Source: Azolla caroliniana (lineage: Eukaryota > Plantae > Polypodiophyta). From it: DNA of 64,000 nucleotides. Below are positions 1-8,530 of the stretch, piece after piece. Below the pieces are notes generated by a model that saw only the letters and a list, made by a program, of their open reading frames with translations, was not told where the DNA came from and ran no database searches. Positions within the stretch are counted from its first letter, which is position 1, and every line of letters starts with the position of its first letter. The stretch is taken from positions 1,674,001 to 1,738,000 of the forward strand of contig JBHGNT010000018.1 of the NCBI GenBank assembly GCA_043228905.1, read 5' to 3'. A program made the translations under genes and the position numbers.

Positions 1-289
1 CCTTGACATGTATCATTGATAGAGTTAATTCAACATACACAAGTTGAAACTGGAGTGGCAGAAAGAAAATAAGCTATATTGGAGAAAGAAGAAAGAAAGA
101 AAGAAAGAAAGATATATTAACATCTTTTGAGACCAAATTTGGCCCATGAGACAATTGGTTAATGGGATGTGTACCCAATCATTGAAAATAAAAATAAATA
201 AAAACATAAATAAAAAAAGTTTTAGTGTGGTGTAAAAGATGTTATGGGGTGTAACATGTTATATAAAGGAAATGGCTTTGTGACTAGTT

Positions 290-760
290 TCATTTCCATT
301 CAAGTCTCTTGAAAAGGAACAAGATGTCAAAGGGTTTCAATGCAGGTGTGGCCCGTGGTCCCGATGTAAATGGTATCCCAATCATAGCTTCTAAGCTGGG
401 TGACTCATGTTCCCTTATCTTCTTAACTGCATCTGCACAACAAGTGACTTTGAGGCCCAGTATCCGAGGGCGTTTGGTTGTTCTTTGGTTTTTTGCTTCA
501 TCGAGGGAGAGGCTGAGTGGTGCAAGCGTGTCTATGTTCATCATCCCCTCCCGTCCCTGAAAAATTTCAATGGCCACATGCTGGTGAAAATTAGAAAGGT
601 TATGGTTAACATTTTGTAGCTTATTCTCACTATGTCATTTTAGCTCTACGATATACCAACCTAGTGTCATTATATTCGGAGTATCCAATAGTTGGGAGAG
701 GGTGAGAGAGGGGAGAGATTGTAGCCAAGTGGCGACATGCAGTTGCCACTATCTAAATGA
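290..760 (-). mobile_element. 3' end fragment of an RTE-like LINE (dispersed repeat)
   Basis: 560-715 closely matches 37713-37850 (AAAAATTTCAATGGC..ATTAGAAAGGTTATGGTTAACATTTTGTAGCTTATTCTC..TAGTTGGGAGA), which lies directly after an RTE-like ORF C-terminus. Outer limits are approximate. Confidence 0.5.
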
Positions 761-1052
761 AAAACGATCATTTTCAATGCAGCTAGATCTACGGTTCTCT
801 CAAAGCTTCTATTACAATGTTTTGATACAAGTGAACAGGAACAAATGTCTGTGGATATTGCGGATGTATATGTATACATAAATATATAAATATATAAATA
901 TTAAGAAAAAGATATCTCTATCCATTTCCCTGTTTTACTCGTACAAAATCAGTCAGACAAACAAAATTCTGGTAGATTGTCACGAAATGCACTGCTATAT
1001 GAAATTTAGAACTAAGTAAAGAAAGAATATGCCATTCTTTGGTGAGGACATT

Positions 1053-1196
1053 TTACAGGGTTTGTTTCATGTGTCACCCGTTTCTTGTTTTATACATGAT
1101 CCAAATACTCTCTGAGTGACACTGTTACAGGGTTTGTTTCATGTGTCACCCATTTCTCGTTTTATACACCATCCAAATACTCTTTGAGTGACGTTG
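1053..1196. repeat. Tandem duplication, 2 x ~72 bp
   Basis: The unit TTACAGGGTTTGTTTCATGTGTCACCC...CCAAATACTCT.TGAGTGAC occurs twice in tandem. Confidence 0.85.
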
Positions 1197-1249
1197 TTCC
1201 TAGCTTTCAAGATTAAGAGCATAATCATCGTCCTTAAAACAATCAGATT

Positions 1250-4200
1250 TGTAGTAAATGAAATCTCGATATTATCTGATGAGTTTCATTGGAAGCTGTA
1301 GTTGTTTTTAGGGGCCAGGGGTAATAAGGTGGACATTTAAGATAGATCAAAGAAATCTCCAGAAGAATAGAACAAGAAGAGGCCGGGAAAGATGTCCTTT
1401 CTATCAGTAAACTGAGTTCCGTAAGTAAGACTTTGAAGGCCTATGATCAGCTGGTTTGGGGCGACCAGCTGGTTCATCAGGGGTGAGGGGAAGATTGTTA
1501 CTTAGATGATTTATTGCCAGTAGTATGGCATTAATAAGTATTTTCTCTTAAACACTGGAATCAGGCAAGAAGCGAGCGACAGCGAATGGTCCCTAGATCG
1601 GAAGAGCCACTGTCGTTGAGAGCCGGGATCAGCATTGGGTTTTGATGTGTGCTTCCAGTGTTAAAAGCTGTGCCTTACAGGACCCTTGTGAATGCTGCTG
1701 GCTCGATGCTCAATGCGAGTAACTTACCTCATAAATTCTGGGAGGAAGGTCTTGCAACAGCATACTGTGTAACTACCTCTGTTTACATCCTCGTCAGTTT
1801 ATCTCTTTGGGTTTAGTTCATGATTGATGATATTTCAGAATAAGAGTGGTCTGGGTAGAGAGATCATGGGTGCAATCCTTACCTGATCTTGGATATTCTA
1901 GAGGGAATTATTATATAGTCAAAATTTGTCATTATTTTCTTGATGAACTTATCATATTCTTCAATCCATATTTAGTTGTGTATAGTCTACACTTATGTTT
2001 TGTTTATATTAGTGTACGCTGATTCTACGGATCTGTATGATGCTGAACCGTTCCCAGTTTCCTGGTAAGCATAAGATCATCATTTCTGGGGTCTAGAACT
2101 ACTTTGGAGATCTGATAGGAATCTGGATATTTATTGTACATTTGGAGATGCAGTTATGCACCATAGGTTGTTGGAGACATATTTGCAGCGATCCTCTGGG
2201 TGATTCCCTTCTCTCCACTTGAGTTGTTATATTTCAATCTCCCATAAGTGTTAATAAATCCATCCATCTCATGATAATGCTGATGAATTGTGGGCCATGT
2301 ACATGAGGATCATGTAAGTTGTTTCTCCTCAGCTTGCTTGTTGGCATGACCGGATATATTTTTCAACTGCTGGTGCTATAAAATACGAAAATCTATCATT
2401 TGGATTGTGGGAGTATAGCGCTTTGATTCTGGGTAGAGCATTAGTAGTCACATCTTAATGTATGTTGTTGTAGATGCTTACTGTTTTGTTTCTCTGGATT
2501 CAGAATTCATTGTAGTATGCTTCAATTATTTTCTGCTAGTTATGTCGTCTATTCAAAGCTCTTCAGTCGTGACTCATATGCATGACATGACAAGGTTCCT
2601 GTTCGAGTTTGAAAAGTTTGAATTAGGGTACTACTGATTTCCATTGTCATATGCATGACATGAGCTTCCTTCTGGAGCTGGATTTCGCCAAATTTTATTT
2701 GAAAACATTCTAATACAGCCCGATTGCATTTTTTCTGAGTAGACAGACCCTTACAGATTTTATCTGGTAGATGCATTTTATTGAAAAGAATATCAGGTAC
2801 TGTTGATATCTCTTCAGTCATGTCTCATATGCATGACATGAGCTTTCCATTGAGCTTAGAAAGTTTGTATTAGCGGTACCAATTCCTCTTCAGTCATATG
2901 CATTTGGATTCTAGACTTCGATATAGATTATTTAAATGTTTTTCTAATAAGAAATGCTAAAATAATTTCAGACCTTGGGTTGTATCGCGATCAGAGCTCT
3001 GTTTACTTGATTGGAATCAACTGTATGGTGCTGGTGGTACTGCAGTTGCTATAAAGGTTATTCATCTACTTGCTCTTTTTGGTTATCATTTATGTTGATA
3101 TTTATTTTAAGAGGAGGTTTTCGCTATTACCTTCCTGATTCAATTAATGTCGTAGGAACAAGAGGCTTGCACCAAAGAAAATCAGAGTTCTGATGATGGA
3201 GACCTGTCCATTCTCCATAGAGGAACCGAGGGGTATGCTTCTGTTGTGGCTCGATATAAGCTTTTTTTGGTACAGAAGGAGAAGCTTCGTACATACAATA
3301 GGATGTTCCAGGAGGAAGAGAAAATGTTAGAGGAGGCTTTATCATCATGAAATTTCCTTGTGGTTCAGGTTTTTATGTATATTCCACTAATACTATCTCT
3401 CTGACAAACATCTATAATCATCTTGTCTTGCTATTGAAGACATATCCTTGATATACCTCACAGTTTTTACCAAGTGAGGGAAAGGTTCAGGATGTATTAA
3501 CATGCTTAAATTACACACTCTAAAGTTATTTTGTAAAGGCCCTTTCTGTTTCCCCATGCAAAACATGGTCATTGATTCATTAACAACATTTGAATCCCTG
3601 CGTTTTGATATTCAACAAATTGAAGTAGCAGTGCTTGCAAATAATATTCGTCAGGATTTCCCAGGTATCTTGAAGATGGTCCACAATAACCTCCTACCAA
3701 AAACAATCCAAATCTCTATACTCTATAGACCTGATGGTTGTAGTTTGCAACCAAAATTTTCTCTTATATGATGAAAAAGGAAAGTTATTGTGGTCTAGAC
3801 CTGATGCCAAGGGAACGAATGAGACAATAACAAAAAGATAATTATCATCCAGTCAATAATTCCAGCATAACATTCATTGCTGTTATTCATTGTATTTGTC
3901 AAGGTTTTGACATTGGACCTTTCTGTGCACTTAATGACTTAATCGTTCTAGTAAAAAATTTCTACTGGACTATTTGTTGAGGGATATATCTCCTAAAATT
4001 TTATGACTTGATCATCTATCTAGTTACAAAATTTCAATTTGACCTTCATCTTGGCAGGAAGTCCTGTTGATATCTCATGAACAAAGACTTCATTCAGTTA
4101 TTGAAAACATCATCCAATGTCACTTGAAATCTCATTGTGTAACTACTTATCCAGTCAAGAACCTCCAACTGAAATTTCGCAGGAGTATTATTCCATTTGG

Positions 4201-4760
4201 AGATCTTACTAGACAAATTTCTTGAGTCAATGGTTCTTTCTCACATTTCTTTGCACTGATAGTTTAGCATGTCAAAATTTTATAGACACACTGAACACCT
4301 GAAAGTAATGAAACGTGAAGAAATTGTTGATTTGGTTTTCTCTGATGCAAAATTTAAAGCATTTCATTATGTAACAAATTTCAGCAGTTCCTCTTTTATT
4401 TGTTAACTATTGATTACTAAAGAACTCAGACTTCTCTCACTTTTCATTGCTTCTTCAAAGTCTGTCCCAACAAGAGCAATATCTGTGCAGATGGCCAACT
4501 TTAATTGAGTGGTAAAATTGCTTCTCATCCTACATGTGATCCCTTTTCATTGTGGGGTGGGCAATCAGGAAACCCTAAAAACCAGGATGGACATATTAAA
4601 TGAAACCCCAAAACAATTCATGAACTCCAAAGGGAGTCCAAGAGAATGTAGCATTCTCATCATCTATATGCAGTTATTTAAGATTGAAAATCTTGCTAGT
4701 GGCGATCCTGACAAAACTCATTGCTTGTCTTCAATTATAGTTTTGCTCTCACTGTGTTGA
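1250..4760. mobile_element. Highly degenerate Ty1/copia pol relics, apparently in both orientations
   Basis: Plus strand: TLVNAAGSMLNASNLPHKFWEEGLATA (~1682-1765, copia integrase-like) and LVIIYVD (~3078-3098, RT YVDD-like). Minus strand: weaker RT-like patches (WTIFK..LHGE) at ~3530-3690. Many stops and frameshifts. Confidence 0.5.
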
Positions 4761-5706
4761 CACCCTCTGATTGCCTTTATTTAACATGAATATTTAGGCA
4801 AATAAGGCATTCGTAACACATGTGGTTTACAATCATAGGTACAAGTCTAATTGATGATTTACAATCGAACCTCTTCATAAAACCTACACGTGAAACATGA
4901 ATAACACAAAATGTAAGTGCAGTGCATTACATATACAGCTTCTAATCGACATCTTACTTCTGTGTTTCCTGTGTCACACAAAGAACATGAATTTCTAGTG
5001 AATCCACAGCTTTGGGAGGAAATGCTCCATTCCATGGCTATGCAGTTCTGTGCAGTTTGAATATATCACAAATCCTATTATTAGACAAACTTTCCAAACT
5101 AAGAGACAGAAGTGTGCTTAAAAAGGAAAAGACATTCCTTACTTAAAAACAGGAAAAAACATTAGACTTTGTTAATAATTTTTTCTTTCCGTGGAGATAC
5201 ATACACCAACCGATTGGACTGTCAAAATTTCGGCTGCAAAAATTCTACACACAGAAGCAGAAGAGGCCGCGGAAACCTTAGGTTTTCTTCTTTGCTCAGA
5301 AACAGAACCCTAGAGGTAGAGACTTAAGTGCTGGGAGAGACATAGAGAGACGGGGAGTTACGTGCTGCTGTTGGCGTTTCTGTGCTAAAGAAACCCTAAC
5401 AAATCACCCGCTTGCTTAGGAATACGCTTAGTAAGCTGATCAAGAGAAAGAAAAAGAAAAACATTATCAAGATGGTACACTTTACTTCTTAAGACGAAGG
5501 ATTCCTAGAAATTCACTGCTGATGGAAACCCTACAGGATGGAACTTCACTGCTGATGAGAAAGAAATCTGTGAAAGAGAAATTCATGTAAAGAGAATCAA
5601 CAACTAGAAACTTCTCTTTCTGACGAACCAGAGGGGAAGAAGAAGAAGTGATATGATCTCCATCTCTTTCTGTGGTATATACTTCGTCGTCTCCCTTCTC
5701 TTGACT

Positions 5707-6054
5707 CTATGTGGAGCGAGGAACAAACATGATGATGGAAGCGCCGACAATGGCAATGACTGCACCGACCCAATCCCACAGGTCCGGTTTGGAGCCGTCA
5801 ACAGCCCATCCCCAGAGCAGGGAGAGGAGAATGAAGAAGCCACCATATGCGGCATAGGTTCTTCCGAAGTTCTGGTTCTGGAACGTAGCGATGAGGCCAT
5901 AGGCGACCAGGACCACAGCTCCCAACACCACAAACAGCCACATCCCTCCTTCCTTGCGCCACTTCCACACAAGCCATCCACCACTTATCTCGCACACCGC
6001 CGCCGCCACGAACAGGAACACCGAAAGCACCGCCTCTGATCCCGTGTACTTCAT
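5707..6054 (-). CDS. ynfA: UPF0060/YnfA-family small four-TM membrane protein (SMR-like transporter), 115 aa, intronless
   Basis: MKYTGSEAVLSVFLFVAAAVCEISGGWLVWKWRKEG...FGRTYAAYGGFFILLSLLWGWAVDGSKPDLWDWVGAVIAIVGASIIMFVPRST matches the YnfA signature (TM1 Glu in EIxGGWLVW, GRxYAAYGG, LWGWxVDGxxPDxxDxxG). True ATG at 6052-6054; the ORF-track start at 6075 is TTG, and an in-frame TGA lies upstream at 6103-6105. Confidence 0.93.
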   Translation of the reverse strand: MKYTGSEAVLSVFLFVAAAVCEISGGWLVWKWRKEGGMWLFVVLGAVVLVAYGLIATFQNQNFGRTYAAYGGFFILLSLLWGWAVDGSKPDLWDWVGAVIAIVGASIIMFVPRST

Positions 6055-6246
6055 CAGATCTTCTTCTTCCTTCAAGCCTGCGTCTTCTTCTTTACCCCCT
6101 TCTCAATCCCTCTCTCCTCCTCCTCCTCCTCCTCCTTCCACCTGCGCAAATCAAAGTTCACAAAAACACACACACAAATGCTAACTAACCCTAAACTGTT
6201 TTCACAGAAGCGAATACTGTTGAACAGTTCTTCTTCTGTGGTCTTC

Positions 6247-6270
6247 TTTCTCTCTCTCTCTGGGTCTCTT

Positions 6271-6327
<57 letters not shown>
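6247..6327. repeat. Compound (CT)n-(GT)n-(GA)n microsatellite upstream of ynfA
   Basis: Directly visible dinucleotide runs. Confidence 0.95.
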
Positions 6328-6375
6328 ATGGCGGGAAACGCTTCATTTGAAAGCGACAGGGCTGGCCTCTCCTCG

Positions 6376-6438
6376 ACCGCGCCACGTGGCACCTCCTGGT
6401 TGGCCCGGCCGCCTGCTGACGCGGCACCTCCTGGTTGG
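6376..6438. promoter_or_regulatory. Candidate cis-regulatory module upstream of ynfA: G-box plus duplicated 16-mer
   Basis: Perfect palindrome GCCACGTGGC at 6381-6390; GGCACCTCCTGGTTGG at 6388-6403 and 6423-6438; TGACG at 6417-6421. Function is inferred. Confidence 0.5.
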
Positions 6439-6501
6439 TTGTTCCTCTCTGTCTCTAACTCTGACTCTCGGGACTCTCATTGACCCTTGAAAGTTCAGCC
6501 C

Positions 6502-6503
<2 letters not shown>

Positions 6504-6548
<45 letters not shown>

Positions 6549-6651
6549 TGAACGTCTACTAAGACCAAGTTTGGCCCATTAGAGAGAGAGAGAGAGGGAT
6601 TAACGTCTACTAAGACCAAGTTTGGCCCATTAGAGAGAGAGAGAGAGAGAG
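6504..6651. repeat. (GA)n runs with a duplicated ~52-bp unit
   Basis: GAGAGGGAT(G/T)AACGTCTACTAAGACCAAGTTTGGCCCATTAGAGAG occurs twice in tandem. Confidence 0.9.
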
Positions 6652-6699
6652 CGCTCTAAAGATGGGCGGGGGTGCGAGGGTGGTCATAAAAGTGTCTTA

Positions 6700-8000
6700 A
6701 GTCTCATGTGGGCGGACCCTGTGAAAGATATGTTTTAACGTTCATATATGGGGGGATGCCGATTGCGATCTATGAGATGGTCATAGCCCTTGACGCCAAT
6801 CGAAGTGAGCATTTTTACCTTGCCCCATCGAATTTGTTACTTCGAGTTCTAGTGAGAAACTGGGAGTGTCATCTATATTCTCAAACTTCAAGGAAACAAT
6901 GACCTTCTCCTACCTTTTCAATTTGAAATGTCATGACAACTTGGCCACCAATAGAACGTTACACGTGGTACCAATTCAAAACTCCTTTTAAGCTTAGAAG
7001 TTGGTGCATTGGATGGCTCACACGTGGAACAAACCATTAGCATGGCTTGGAGGTATAGTCATGCGATTTTAACCATCAAGCTTTTAGTAGCATGATGATA
7101 TCAATCGTGGAGGGAGAACTCTTGAGGTTGCCCAGTTGGCCATATGTCCCCCCCCATCATTGCATGGTTCGATGAGATACATAGTCTGTGAGCTCATCAT
7201 GCATGGCAATAGAATGGCTCTTCACATCTCTCTTCACATCTACACAACAAATAGAGGTTGAGAAAAGGCGAAGCATAATTGCACATCCTAATGGGACATG
7301 CAAGACAAATTGCCAAGTGAACACCTTTGATTTAAACTTCATGCAATCGATATGTAAAGCCTGTTGTGTTGGTGGTCCAAGGGAATGAGCCATCAAGGAT
7401 ACATACTGACAAATGTTATCCATATCGTTGACCTAGGAAAACCGAGGTTAGAGGAAACTTTGACAAAACGCTTGTTGGTCGAATATGAGACCATCCCATC
7501 ATTAGAGAGCACAACTCGTGAAATATTGAATTATCTCACGGGATTGCCAAAATAAGACTCTTTGATGTTGCTCCCAACTATCAGATCATCTCGGTAGAAC
7601 CATTTCACAAGCCATCAATTGAGCAAACCCTCGGAGGAGGAACTGTAGGCCCTCAGAAGGAGTTCAATGCGGACACAACCACAATGGCGAAGTTTGCTCC
7701 AATGTTCTTCGGGCGAAGCTTCGAGAATCAGATAAAAGACCCAAGCCAATATTGAGGCAGGTGTGCCCCTAGTAAAACTGTTACAAATCGATTCCGGATT
7801 CCAGAGACGGAAGCATGGATCAGCTACGCGTAGATGTAATCCCATGTTTCCATCGGCCCTCTTGCCGGTACATAATCCACGTGTTCCCGATAGTAAAGCC
7901 TTATCAAGGTTGTGATTTAGATGAGTGGGTGGGTTCGAATCCGTGTAAATCCAGATGTGTGAGCATGGATCCTGGCAGATTCTCCTGCAATTCCAACCCA
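6700..8000 (-). mobile_element. Possible degenerate L1-type LINE (endonuclease-region) relic
   Basis: Only weak motif resemblances (e.g. TYGQLGNLK/RVLSLHD around 7100-7155); no intact ORF. Confidence 0.3.
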
Positions 8001-8530
8001 CTTATATGATGGTGAGCTTTCACCTGTTAGACTTAGGATCTAAAGCCTGATTTGCATATGCTCTTTACTTACTATGAAGATTCGCTGCTCTGTGTTCATC
8101 TCAGATGGCACAGGGAAGCTTTTTGGATTAAGATGCTCCATGTTAGATATGGGAATCGAACCGTATTCCCGAATATGCTCGGTAAACCCTAATTTTTGAG
8201 GAGGGAAACCCTAATTGGATTAAGGTTATTGATGACGGATATGGGAATGAAACCCTCATTTGGAATATCCTTCTTAATGAAAGATATGGCACAGTGAAAC
8301 CATGAGTTTTGAAGAGTTGCTTATTCGTGAAAGCCTAAATTTGAAGCCATTCTCGGGGATGGATCCCTAATGTTGACGACATTCTTAGGAATTGATTTCA
8401 AATTTTGAACCAGTGCCACGTAATGAAACATTAATTGCTATGCTGCTCTCTAGAAGGAAGCTAATAAGGTGGTTTAGGATTGATTGAACATTGGTTTAAG
8501 AAGGATATGGTGATGGGTTTCTAATGGAAG

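Noticed and set aside
5707-6054. Bacterial contamination as the explanation for ynfA
   Set aside because: No operon neighbours, and seamless plant-type flanks with no gap nearby. Read-level confirmation is still advisable.
5597-6184. ORFs overlapping ynfA (5653-6039 +, 5604-5984 -, 5798-5995 -, 5954-6184 +)
   Set aside because: Shadow frames of a GC-rich gene; only the 5707-6054 frame has a family signature.
6072-6483. ORFs rich in SL/ER/TH repeats
   Set aside because: Translations of microsatellites.
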